In this document: positions 55,473-64,000 of the stretch, in pieces | Position numbering within the stretch: position 1 is the stretch's first letter | Layout of the letters: each line of letters opens with the position of its first letter | Source of the DNA: Bdellovibrionales bacterium RIFOXYD1_FULL_55_31 | GTDB lineage: Bacteria > Bdellovibrionota > UBA1018 | NCBI GenBank assembly: GCA_001770175.1 | Contig: MEQK01000086.1 | Location: forward strand, 1,521 to 65,520 | Length of the DNA: 64,000 nucleotides | Direction: 5' to 3' | Notes under the pieces: generated by a model | Told to the model about the DNA's origin: nothing | What the model saw: only the letters and a program-made list of their open reading frames with translations | Databases searched by the model: none | Translations under genes and position numbers: made by a program

Positions 55473-57795
55473 GTTTATCGGCAAGTCCGTCGTGCGCGTT
55501 GATGGCAAAGCGAAACTCACCGGAGCGGCCGCTTTCGTGGATGACCTTGAGTTCGGGCCAGGGCTTCTTCATGCCGTGATCATAGAGAGCCCGCATGCCT
55601 ATGCGAAGATCAGGAAAATCGATTTCGCAAAAGCACTGGACGTCGAAGGCGTCGTGAAGGTCGTCACGGGCAAGGAGTTTCCTTACCGGTTTGGTCTCTA
55701 CATGCATGATCGGTATGTCTTCGCCCAGGATCACGTCCGGTTTGTCGGCGAGCAAGTGGCGGCCGTGATCGCGAGAACCCCTGCAGTCGCGAAAAAAGCG
55801 GCCGGGCTCGTCAAGGTCGAGTACGAAGTCTTGAAGCCGGTTTTGGACGTCGAGACCGCGCTTAAGGAGGATGCGCGACTCATTCATCCCGAACTGGGAA
55901 ATTATCATCATGTGCCCTGGTTTTTTCCGAAGAAGGACACGAATATCGCGCATTTTCGCAAGGTGCGGAAAGGTGACGCGGAACAGGGTTTCAGGGAGGC
56001 CGATCATGTGTTCGAGGACACTTACACGGTCCCGCGCTATGCGCACTGTTCGATCGAAACTCATGGCGCCATCGGCTTGTTCGATCATTCACGAAGACTG
56101 ACCGTCTGGGCGGCGTCGCAATCGCCGCATACCCAACGGCATCTTTTCGCCGAGGCGCTTGCGCCGCTCGGCCTGAAGCACAAAGATATCCGCGTGATCG
56201 CGCCATCGGTGGGCGGGGGCTTCGGAGGCAAGGCGGGCGTATCGATGGAGATTCTCGCCGCCGCGCTCGCGACCACCGTTCAGGGGAGCCCCGTGAAGGT
56301 GCACTGGACCCGGGAGCAGGAATTCTATAACACCTATCAGCGGCAGGGCGTCGTCGCGAAGATGCGGGTCGGGGTAAAAAATGACGGCACGATTACCGCG
56401 CTCGAACAGAAGCTTTACTGGGATGCCGGAGCTTATGTTGAATACGGCGCGAACGTCGTCAACGCGGCCGGGCTCTCGGCTTCGGGGCCGTATCGCATTC
56501 CCAATGTCCATATCGATTCCGTCTGCGTTTACACGAATCTCCCGCCGGGCGGGCCGTATCGCGGTTTCGGTTATTCCGAATTCCTTTTCGGACTTGAATC
56601 CCATTTCAACGAAGTCGCGAAAAAGCTCGGAATTGATCCGGTCGAGTTCCGACGCAAAAACGCGATCTGCACGGGGGATGTTCTCAATTACGGCGGAAAG
56701 ATGAATCCTTCAGGGCTCCTCGAATGCATCGACAAAGTCGCGCGTGAGATCGACTGGGGGAAGAAGCGCGTTTCAGCTGATCCGCGAAAAGCGATCGGGA
56801 AAGGTTTTGCGCTTTTCTGGAAGGCGCCGGCCATGCCGCCGAATGCCTCCTCGACCGCGTTTCTGAAGTTCAACGAGGACGGAAGTCTGAATATTCTCGT
56901 TTCCGCCATGGAGATCGGACAGGGCTTTCTCACGGTGATGGCTCAGATCGCGGCCGAGGTGTTGAGTGTTCCGCCGGAAAAAATCCGGGTTGAAACACCG
57001 GACACCGATCGCAATCCGTATGAATGGCAGACTGTCGCTTCGCATATCACCTGGGGCACCGGGAACGCAGTGAAGAAGGCGGCGATCGACGCGCGCGAGC
57101 AGATCCTTGACATTGTCTCCTCCGCGCTCGGCCAACCGCGCGAGTCTCTCTATCTCGACGACGAGCAGGTCAGATCGCGAAGTGATGCCGGTTTTGCTCT
57201 CCCTCTCCGTGATTTCGTGATCAATGGGATCATGATGAAGGATGGCACTTTTCGCGGCGGGCCGATTATCGGGCGCGGGATGTTCATGCCGGAATTCGCC
57301 TCGGCGCTCAGCGATCCCGAGACGAGTCAGGGTGGGAAACCGAATGTTCATTACACGGTGGGTGCAAGCGCAATCGAAATCGAAGTCGACCGTGAGACCG
57401 GCAAAATCACTATTCCGAAGGTGGTTCTCGGGGTCGATTGCGGAAAGGTGCTGAATCCGGATCTTCTGAAAGGGCAGGTGACCGGCGGCATGGTTCAGGG
57501 CCTCGCGACGGTTCTTTACGAGGACATGCGCTTTGACGAGAAGGGCCGGCTTTTGAATCCCAATTTCACGGATTACAAAATCCCTACCGCGCTCGATACA
57601 CCGGAAGAAATCGTTTCGATTTTTGTCGAGCACGAGCAGCCGGACGGGCCGTTCGGGGCGAGGGGGGTGGGTGAACACACGATGATTCCCGCCGCCCCGA
57701 TCATCGCGAACGCGATCGAAGATGCTCTTGGAATCCGCATCCGATCCATGCCGATTACCGCTGAAAAGATTGCGCTCGCGATCAAGGACTCTTGA
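55459..57795 (+). CDS. molybdopterin-binding large subunit of xanthine-dehydrogenase-family molybdenum hydroxylase (CoxL/XdhA-like)
   Basis: Start ATG 55459 (MSGHKFIGKSVVRVDGKAKLTG), overlapping small-subunit stop. Ald_Xan_dh domain features (GGGFGGK; ARGVGE in C-terminal region). 778 aa. Confidence 0.85.
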   Translation: MSGHKFIGKSVVRVDGKAKLTGAAAFVDDLEFGPGLLHAVIIESPHAYAKIRKIDFAKALDVEGVVKVVTGKEFPYRFGLYMHDRYVFAQDHVRFVGEQVAAVIARTPAVAKKAAGLVKVEYEVLKPVLDVETALKEDARLIHPELGNYHHVPWFFPKKDTNIAHFRKVRKGDAEQGFREADHVFEDTYTVPRYAHCSIETHGAIGLFDHSRRLTVWAASQSPHTQRHLFAEALAPLGLKHKDIRVIAPSVGGGFGGKAGVSMEILAAALATTVQGSPVKVHWTREQEFYNTYQRQGVVAKMRVGVKNDGTITALEQKLYWDAGAYVEYGANVVNAAGLSASGPYRIPNVHIDSVCVYTNLPPGGPYRGFGYSEFLFGLESHFNEVAKKLGIDPVEFRRKNAICTGDVLNYGGKMNPSGLLECIDKVAREIDWGKKRVSADPRKAIGKGFALFWKAPAMPPNASSTAFLKFNEDGSLNILVSAMEIGQGFLTVMAQIAAEVLSVPPEKIRVETPDTDRNPYEWQTVASHITWGTGNAVKKAAIDAREQILDIVSSALGQPRESLYLDDEQVRSRSDAGFALPLRDFVINGIMMKDGTFRGGPIIGRGMFMPEFASALSDPETSQGGKPNVHYTVGASAIEIEVDRETGKITIPKVVLGVDCGKVLNPDLLKGQVTGGMVQGLATVLYEDMRFDEKGRLLNPNFTDYKIPTALDTPEEIVSIFVEHEQPDGPFGARGVGEHTMIPAAPIIANAIEDALGIRIRSMPITAEKIALAIKDS

Positions 57796-57797
57796 AA

Positions 57798-57874
<77 letters not shown>

Positions 57875-57933
57875 GTACTCATGGCGTAGCATAAAAAAAT
57901 CCAGGGTGCCAGCGGGACCTGTCTTTCTTGCCT

Positions 57934-58614
57934 TTAAGGACGGGACCCGAAGAGGGCAGTTCCGACGCGAATATGAGTGGCGCCTGCCCGAATCGCCTTT
58001 TCGAAATCGTCCGACATTCCCATCGAAAGGCCACCTTTGCTCCAGGGACGGCAGGTCAGTTCGAGTTTCCTGAGCAGATGGAACGGGTGGGTTTCAGAAT
58101 CCTGGTGTTCAGGATCGGGGATGCACATCAGTCCTTGAAGGTCGAGATCGGGAATAGCCGCCACTTTCGCGGCCAGCTCCGCCGTGGAACCGGGGCGAGC
58201 TCCCGATTTGCCCACCTCGTCATCAATATTGACTTCAATGAACACGGGAAGCCGGCCCGGGCGAGAGGAGCTTTTCCAGCGTTTGGCCAATTCCAGTGCT
58301 AGCCTTTCGGAATCGACGGTGTGGACACAATAAACGTGCGGGATCAGGAGCTTTACTTTGTTCGTCTGAAGATGTCCGATCATATGCCAGCGAATTCCGC
58401 TGCAACCCCGGTCGGCCATTTCGACGGCCTTTCTCACAAGCTCCTGGACGTAGTTTTCACCGAAATCGCGGTGCCCGAGCCGGTAAAGCTCTTCGATCGC
58501 GCTGATCGGTTGCATTTTGCTGACCGCGATTAACATCGGAACCGCGCCCGGTGCCTTGAAAGCCCTCATTTGAATTTCATCGTAGCGGGCCGCGAGCGAC
58601 GCTTCGCTGTTCAT
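57934..58614 (-). CDS. YggS-family pyridoxal-phosphate homeostasis protein
   Basis: 226 aa; LIAVSKMQPISAIEELYRLGHRDFGENYVQEL (PLP-binding Lys in VSK) typical of YggS/PROSC family. Confidence 0.8.
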   Translation of the reverse strand: MNSEASLAARYDEIQMRAFKAPGAVPMLIAVSKMQPISAIEELYRLGHRDFGENYVQELVRKAVEMADRGCSGIRWHMIGHLQTNKVKLLIPHVYCVHTVDSERLALELAKRWKSSSRPGRLPVFIEVNIDDEVGKSGARPGSTAELAAKVAAIPDLDLQGLMCIPDPEHQDSETHPFHLLRKLELTCRPWSKGGLSMGMSDDFEKAIRAGATHIRVGTALFGSRP

Positions 58615-59234
58615 TTCGGAGATCTCCCGAAGAGGGCAATGCCGAAAATCGAGTCCAGATCACTTAAAAGCTGCGCCATGGGAAGCCCGACAACGTTTGT
58701 GTAGCTTCCGGAGATCCCTTCGATCAGGGCCATTCCGAGTCCCTGGGCGGCGTAAGCTCCGGCTTTGTCGTTGGGTTCGCCGGAATCGATATAGCGCGCG
58801 ATCTGCTGTTTTGAAAGGGGTCGCATCCGAACTTTCGAATTCACGACGCGCGTGTGCGTCTTCGGCTTTCGCGAGATCTCGAGGATGCAATATCCGGTCA
58901 GAACCGTATGCGTTTTCCCGGCGAGCGCGCGCAACATTCTGGTCGCGTCTTTTCGGTTACGCGGTTTGCCGAAGATGGACTTGCCATCCGGGGCGACGAC
59001 GGTCGTATCGGCTCCGATGATGAGGGTGCGGGATCGAGGAGAGGCCGTTTCAGGATCAGCGGGAGCCAGCGACAGCGCTTTCTCACGCGCAAGGCGCGCG
59101 ACCATCTTTCTCGGGCTTTCGTGCCGAAGAACGGTCTCGTCAGCGACTGGCCGCAAACTATCGACCTCGAGACCGACTTGGCTCATCAGTTCGATGCGTC
59201 TCGGGGAACTCGAGGCGAGAATGATGCGGAACAT
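58611..59234 (-). CDS. maf: Maf-family nucleoside triphosphate pyrophosphatase
   Basis: 207 aa; ILASSSPRRIELM N-terminus and IIGADTVV motif; 4-nt overlap with YggS gene. Confidence 0.8.
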   Translation of the reverse strand: MFRIILASSSPRRIELMSQVGLEVDSLRPVADETVLRHESPRKMVARLAREKALSLAPADPETASPRSRTLIIGADTTVVAPDGKSIFGKPRNRKDATRMLRALAGKTHTVLTGYCILEISRKPKTHTRVVNSKVRMRPLSKQQIARYIDSGEPNDKAGAYAAQGLGMALIEGISGSYTNVVGLPMAQLLSDLDSIFGIALFGRSPK

Positions 59235-59252
59235 GGACTCAGTACACCCTTA

Positions 59253-60227
59253 CTAAAAATAGAACTGCGTTGAGAGAAAGCGGAACTGATCCTTGAATTC
59301 ACGAAAATTATCCGTCCGTTTGAAAAAAACGGTCACTTCCGTGCGAACTCCTGATTCGCTCACGAAAAAGAAGCTCCCTCCGGAACGGAAAACAGTCGCC
59401 AATCCGATCCCGGCGCCTGCAACGGATGTCCGGATCTTGTATTCCTCTTCTGTATAGATTTTCGTTATGTGCGTGAGTAGCTTCACCTTGTCGAGGCTGC
59501 CGAAAAGATCGACCGCGGTGATCGCCGCATAATGACCGTCATACCCGACGTGCATTTCAATGGATTGACGCCCGATGAGCGCCATCGACGTGCTCCGAAC
59601 CATGCTGTTGAAAAGGGGTCTCCCCGCCTCGTCCACCGGAGCGTCGAACATCGCGTTCATGAGAAGTTCGTCAACGGCGTTGGCGATGACCGTGGCCATA
59701 CGGCTCTGAAACTTGGCCGCGATGAAGAAATTCTTGACCGCTTCGACGGCATCCTGCTTTTGCGTCGTTTTCTGCAGCTTCACGATCTGGACCTTCGCGT
59801 TCGGGAGCAGCGTGTTCAGGCCGAACGCTCGTTCCGAGAGCGTCGCTTTCAGGATTTTTCCGTAATAGAGACCGGTCGCAACGGGATCGTGGTAGTTTCT
59901 CATGATGAAGTGCCCGAACAGCGGGCTCTCGATGAGATACTGGACTTTCTCAATGTTCGAGGAAGTCAGAAAATGAATCGCGTTCGCGTTGATTTTATCG
60001 GAGAAGAGTCCGACGGTTTCCTGAATGGCTGTTTCGAATTCCTTGTACTGCGCTTCAGAGGATGCGTCGAGGAATATCACTCGAGGTTCTTTTTCGGCAA
60101 CAATGGTCGCGCCCTCTTTCGCGGTGGTCGCCGTGATGAGAGTGAGACCCGCGGATTCTGCCGCACTCGCGGCGAAAGCCCGGTCTTCAGGAAGGGTTGA
60201 AATGAGGAGAAAATCGGTATTAGCCAA
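59253..60227 (-). CDS. receiver-like domain fused to RsbW-like HATPase (putative partner-switching serine kinase)
   Basis: N-terminal ~120 aa receiver-like fold without clear phospho-acceptor context. C-terminal AVDELLMNAMFDAP (N-box-like) and GAGIGLATV (G-box-like). Assignment tentative. Confidence 0.4.
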   Translation of the reverse strand: MANTDFLLISTLPEDRAFAASAAESAGLTLITATTAKEGATIVAEKEPRVIFLDASSEAQYKEFETAIQETVGLFSDKINANAIHFLTSSNIEKVQYLIESPLFGHFIMRNYHDPVATGLYYGKILKATLSERAFGLNTLLPNAKVQIVKLQKTTQKQDAVEAVKNFFIAAKFQSRMATVIANAVDELLMNAMFDAPVDEAGRPLFNSMVRSTSMALIGRQSIEMHVGYDGHYAAITAVDLFGSLDKVKLLTHITKIYTEEEYKIRTSVAGAGIGLATVFRSGGSFFFVSESGVRTEVTVFFKRTDNFREFKDQFRFLSTQFYF

Positions 60228-60238
60228 GATAATCCCCG

Positions 60239-60703
60239 TCAGCGCATTAAAAAGCTGAAGTATTCCTCTGGAATATCATCGAAGGAGGCCTGTCCGCTGC
60301 ATTTCGTGCACTTCAACGGAGGGAGCTTGAATTCCAGTTTTTTCAAATCGTCCGTTTTGAAAAGTCCGACCAACTCGCTTTTGCAGGTCGCGCATGAAAA
60401 AGGCACGTAAATCGATTCAACACAGCCTTCGGGGATGAAATTCGAGATCAGGTTGATCTGTTCGACGATCGCCGTTGAGCATTCAATGAAATGCAATTTG
60501 ATGTTCTTGGCCTGGAGTGACTGAAAATACTTGATCCAGGCTTTCACGCCAACCGAGTTGATCCTGGGTACGTCCCGGCAATTAACGATAAGTTCCGGAG
60601 ACGTTAAACCGATGATCTGTTCGAAGTTGACACTTTCTTCAATCGAACCGGTAAGCCGGACGAGCAAAGAGTTGCCCTTCTGCTCCTTGACGACATTGAT
60701 CAT
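60239..60703 (-). CDS. STAS-domain anti-sigma-factor antagonist-like protein with C-terminal Cys4 zinc-ribbon
   Basis: 154 aa; STAS-like N-terminal (LLVRLTGSIEESVNFEQI...LIVNCRDVPRINSVGVKAWIKYF). C-terminal CATCKS...CTKCSG pairs. Confidence 0.5.
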   Translation of the reverse strand: MINVVKEQKGNSLLVRLTGSIEESVNFEQIIGLTSPELIVNCRDVPRINSVGVKAWIKYFQSLQAKNIKLHFIECSTAIVEQINLISNFIPEGCVESIYVPFSCATCKSELVGLFKTDDLKKLEFKLPPLKCTKCSGQASFDDIPEEYFSFLMR

Positions 60704-60717
60704 TATTTCACCTCACC

Positions 60718-62733
60718 GTGATGCTCGTATGGAAGTTGGTTGAATTCATAGAAAATGTTAGTGAAAATGGCGGAATGGAGCAACATCAATTTAAGCTTTC
60801 TTTGACCGTGGGAACCAAGCTCCTTATCGGCGGGGTTCTGCTGCTGGTCATGGTGATCGGATTTTTGAATTTTTCGGCCATTTTTCTGCTGAAAGAAGAC
60901 AAAAAAGCCTACGTTTACGAGTCCCAGGCCAGAGAGTCTGTGCTTGCTGGTCGGGGATTCGCGAATTCGATCCGGCGTGTATTGGACACCTTGCGCCTTT
61001 CACTCGCCGCCATCGATCCTGCAAAACTCGGCTCAGGTACGCAGGAAACCGCTCAGTCGCTCTTTAGCTCCGAAAAGCGTTTGCTGCAGCCTATTGCTGA
61101 AAATCAGTCGGATGTTCCGGTCATTTCGCTAGGCCTTTTCAGGCCTGAAACCGGGGCTGCGATTTCGGCGATTCAGGTTTTCAACAAAAGAGCCGTTGAG
61201 GAGGCAGAGCTGAAGGTTCCCGAGAATATGATGGGGACTATTCCGGCTGAGTCGATCAAGGAAGTGAGTCCTGAGCTTACGGCCAAAGGATATGCTTTCC
61301 TGAACCTCTCGAAAATCGGCGAGGCCCCCGTGCTTGGCGTGATCGCCGCTGATACGAAGTTTCGTGCCGGTGCCCAGGGACTTCCGGTCGCGATCGGTTT
61401 TGTTCCGATGCAGGAGTTTGTAAAACAACTGGCCGGCATGAATATGACCATCGCGACCCGGTCGGGACGCGTGCTCTTTGACTCGGACCCGGCGGTCTTC
61501 TTTACGGTCAGTAATATCGGCGGAGATCCTCTCTTCCAGGCCGCTCTGGGAAGCCAGCTCTCCTCGGGCGCCGTTGAATACGAACTGGCGAATGTTCGCT
61601 ACCTGGGGAGCTACCTCAACACCGGGCTTGACCTCGTTGTCACGAATCGGATGCCGTGGCAGAAAGCAATGAAGGCGACCTATGCCTTGACCGAGAAGTT
61701 TGTTCTCCTCGGCCTGATGGCGGTTGCCGTCGCCGTGATTTTCACGATCCTGTTTTCGAAGACGCTGACCGCGCCGATCAACCGGCTTTATCTGGCGACA
61801 CAGGAAGTCGCGAAGGGAAATTTCAAACTGAATCTGAAAGCCCAGAGCCGTGACGAGATTGGCGCCTTGACGTCGTCCTTCAACGTCATGTCGGAGCAGA
61901 TCAGCGAGCTGATTCAGGAAAAAATGCGGAAGATCCAGATCGAGAACGATCTGGCGATCGCGGCTACCGTGCAGCAGACGCTGATTCCTCCAGCCGCATT
62001 TGTCGGAGACAGACTGCGAATTCAGAGTCTCTACCAATCGGCTGACGAATGTGGCGGTGACTGGTGGGGTTTTTTCGGAGCTGGCGACAAGATGGCGATC
62101 ATGATCGCGGACGCGACGGGACATGGTTTGCCCTCAGCCTTGATCACGGCTTCGGCTCGAAGTTGTTTCAGCGTTCTCAGCAAATTCGCGCAAGACGACC
62201 CGAAGTTCAGTTTTTCGCCCAAGGAGATGCTCGCCTACGCCAATCGCGTGATTTACGATGCGTCACAGGGTAAAATCATGATGACCTTTTTCGCCGGAAC
62301 GATCGATTTTTCGGCTATGACTTTGACCTACGCGAGCGCCGGGCACACGCCGCCCTGGCTTTTCCGAAAAGAAGGGGCTTCGCACGCGCTGAAGAGCCTG
62401 GTTTCACGGGGCGTCCGCCTCGGTGAAGTCAGGGATTGCGACAATTTTGACGAAAAGGTCGAACCGCTTCGCAAGAACGATATTCTCTTCCTCTACACCG
62501 ACGGACTGCTCGAGGGCACGAACAAGGAAGGCGTCATGTACGGGAAAAAGAGGGCTCGTGAGCTTTTCGAACGGACGCTGATCGGGGCCACGGAGAACCC
62601 GCTCGAGCGCGTGATCGAAGACCTGAAAAAGGATTTCATGCTTCACAACACTGGCAAATCACTTGATGACGATCTCACGCTGGCTGCCATGATGATCGAT
62701 CCTGAGGGCCCCGGGGGCTATGCAAAGGTTTGA
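60718..62733 (+). CDS. membrane sensor PP2C-family serine phosphatase (extracytoplasmic domain, HAMP, SpoIIE/RsbU-like PP2C)
   Basis: TM (LLIGGVLLLVMVIGFL), ~290 aa periplasmic region, second TM, HAMP (NRLYLATQEVAKGNFKLNL), PP2C motifs (GGDWWGFF; IADATGHGLPSALI; LYTDGL). True start may be ATG 60775. Confidence 0.8.
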   Translation: MMLVWKLVEFIENVSENGGMEQHQFKLSLTVGTKLLIGGVLLLVMVIGFLNFSAIFLLKEDKKAYVYESQARESVLAGRGFANSIRRVLDTLRLSLAAIDPAKLGSGTQETAQSLFSSEKRLLQPIAENQSDVPVISLGLFRPETGAAISAIQVFNKRAVEEAELKVPENMMGTIPAESIKEVSPELTAKGYAFLNLSKIGEAPVLGVIAADTKFRAGAQGLPVAIGFVPMQEFVKQLAGMNMTIATRSGRVLFDSDPAVFFTVSNIGGDPLFQAALGSQLSSGAVEYELANVRYLGSYLNTGLDLVVTNRMPWQKAMKATYALTEKFVLLGLMAVAVAVIFTILFSKTLTAPINRLYLATQEVAKGNFKLNLKAQSRDEIGALTSSFNVMSEQISELIQEKMRKIQIENDLAIAATVQQTLIPPAAFVGDRLRIQSLYQSADECGGDWWGFFGAGDKMAIMIADATGHGLPSALITASARSCFSVLSKFAQDDPKFSFSPKEMLAYANRVIYDASQGKIMMTFFAGTIDFSAMTLTYASAGHTPPWLFRKEGASHALKSLVSRGVRLGEVRDCDNFDEKVEPLRKNDILFLYTDGLLEGTNKEGVMYGKKRARELFERTLIGATENPLERVIEDLKKDFMLHNTGKSLDDDLTLAAMMIDPEGPGGYAKV

Positions 62734-64000
62734 ACTGAAAAACTGGGAGAAGGCTCTTGTCGCCTTTTCCACCGTTCTTTTCTGCCTGTCGGCAACCGTC
62801 TATGCGACGAACTTTCCGTTGTGGAAATATTTTTACGGTTATGACACGGAAACCGAACGGGAGAAAATCGGACGGCTTTCTACGAAACAGGGGACCGTTC
62901 GTCGCGAAATCCTCGGCGAAGCGGAGTTCAAGTTCATCGATCTGGAAGCCGCGCTGTACGATCAGGACACGATTGTCACCGGCTCCGGGAGTGTCGCTCA
63001 TCTGGAACTCGATGAAGGTAACACGATCGAGCTTGGGGCGAATGCGATGGTTCGGCTCGCGTTCGAGTCGCAGCTATCGTTCGGTCGAATCGCGCGGACG
63101 CCCCGGATCGATGTCGTGGCCGGAGCGGTCGTTGGACGCGCGAAGAAGAAGCCCATGATTATCCGGTCGGGGCAAAAGACGATTGAAATCGCCAAGGACG
63201 CGACGCGGGTACTCGAACCGCTCCCGCCGCCCATCCCATCCCCCGTTCCCCGGCCGCTCCCTTCGCCGAGTCCTTCGGCGAGCCCGTCTCCGCTTCCTTT
63301 GCCGAGTCCATCAGCGAGCCCGTCTCCGCTTCCTTTGCCCAGTTCTTCAGCGAGTCCGTCTCCAGTTCCGCCCGCCTTTTCCCTAAGACGACTGGAGGTC
63401 ATTTCACCGCTTCCGGGCGCGTCGTTCGGCGTAAAGAAGTGGAGCCCAACGCAGGAAGTTCCCGTCCGGTTCGAGTGGAAAGTCGACCCGCCCGACGTTT
63501 CTTTGTTGCTGGCGATCAGAGCAGCCGGGCGCGGCAAGTCGTTGCACGAAGAAGTCGTGCCAGCGCGGCGGGGCAAAGCCAGTTTCGTCTGGATCGCGCG
63601 TAAGCCCGGAAATTTCGAATGGGAGCTTCTGACCTCCAAACGCGAGCGTCTTACTTTCGGCGAGAAGAAGGCCGAGTTTGTGATCCCGCCTGAATTCGAG
63701 GGCATTCAGATTTTAAGTCCGCTGATCGCGGGTGAAAGTACGGCTTCCAATCTCATCAAAGACCGCGTGTTGAAGAAGTCCTTGGAGATCACGTTGCGAT
63801 GGCAACCCCTCCCAGGAATCCGGGAATACCGTATTGAAATCGCGAAAACCACTGGAGGTAAGCCTGACCTGGTGGATGAAACCGAGAATCCGAGTTTCAC
63901 GCTCGTTCGAGAAAAAATCATCAACTCGGGGCGGATCTTTTATCGGGTGAGCGCGGAGCTGGAGAATGGATTCATCGCCGTCTCGGAAACCAATCCGTTC
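62720..64000 (+). CDS. FecR-domain protein with Pro/Ser-rich linker and Trp-containing Ig/FN3-like repeats (5' partial; continues beyond window end)
   Basis: ATG at 62720 overlaps the last 14 nt of the PP2C gene in another frame. Signal peptide MQRFELKNWEKALVAFSTVLFCLSATVYA. FecR-like block TIVTGSGSVAHLELDEGNTIELGANAMVRLAFE, paralogous to the 23305 gene. Repeats with FEWKV, FEWELL, IFYRVSAELENG. Absent from the ORF track because no stop occurs before position 64000. Confidence 0.6.
   Translation, partial: MQRFELKNWEKALVAFSTVLFCLSATVYATNFPLWKYFYGYDTETEREKIGRLSTKQGTVRREILGEAEFKFIDLEAALYDQDTIVTGSGSVAHLELDEGNTIELGANAMVRLAFESQLSFGRIARTPRIDVVAGAVVGRAKKKPMIIRSGQKTIEIAKDATRVLEPLPPPIPSPVPRPLPSPSPSASPSPLPLPSPSASPSPLPLPSSSASPSPVPPAFSLRRLEVISPLPGASFGVKKWSPTQEVPVRFEWKVDPPDVSLLLAIRAAGRGKSLHEEVVPARRGKASFVWIARKPGNFEWELLTSKRERLTFGEKKAEFVIPPEFEGIQILSPLIAGESTASNLIKDRVLKKSLEITLRWQPLPGIREYRIEIAKTTGGKPDLVDETENPSFTLVREKIINSGRIFYRVSAELENGFIAVSETNPF
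63266..63370 (+). repeat. 36-nt tandem repeat (x~3) encoding PSPSASPSPLPL linker
   Basis: CCGAGTCCTTCGGCGAGCCCGTCTCCGCTTCCTTTG at 63266, a near-identical copy at 63302 and a diverged partial copy at 63338. Confidence 0.7.

Noticed and set aside
62998-63705. 235-aa minus-strand ORF (Gly/Ser-rich)
   Set aside because: It is the reverse-complement shadow of the Pro/Ser-rich linker and repeats of the plus-strand FecR-repeat gene.

Overview
This is a roughly 60% GC bacterial chromosomal window, coding-dense on both strands. Every call below comes from reading the six-frame translations and the raw sequence by eye; no database search was possible. The gene content suggests a Gram-negative, environmentally responsive organism, possibly deltaproteobacteria- or Bdellovibrionota-like, but that is a guess. 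It contains four sensor histidine kinases, an HD-GYP protein, a class III cyclase, a chemoreceptor (MCP) with CheW, many signal-peptide repeat proteins, and outer-membrane barrels with a C-terminal aromatic residue. Recognisable housekeeping genes are clpP, pgm, rpsA, maf, a YggS-family gene and tRNA-Arg(CCG). Four loci deserve a second look. First, a small YcaO-domain protein sits beside a GNAT-like protein, an XRE-type helix-turn-helix protein and a B12-binding radical SAM enzyme (12460-16904), downstream of a two-component system. This is a possible RiPP-type or protein-modification locus, and no precursor peptide has been found yet. Second, two paralogous loci encode FecR-domain proteins with tryptophan-containing Ig/FN3-like repeats (23305-26984, with a divergent sensory cyclase, and 62720 to the window end, overlapping a PP2C phosphatase gene). 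They sit within a wider set of surface repeat proteins (VWA, He_PIG, FG-GAP). Third, an atypical partner-switching module (59253-62733) combines a receiver-like/RsbW-like kinase fusion, a STAS protein with a zinc ribbon, and a HAMP-PP2C phosphatase. Fourth, an fdrA/DUF1116/DUF2877 cluster lies next to a cyclase-family hydrolase and a three-subunit molybdenum hydroxylase (49082-57795). No CRISPR arrays, integrases, transposases or obvious phage genes were seen.
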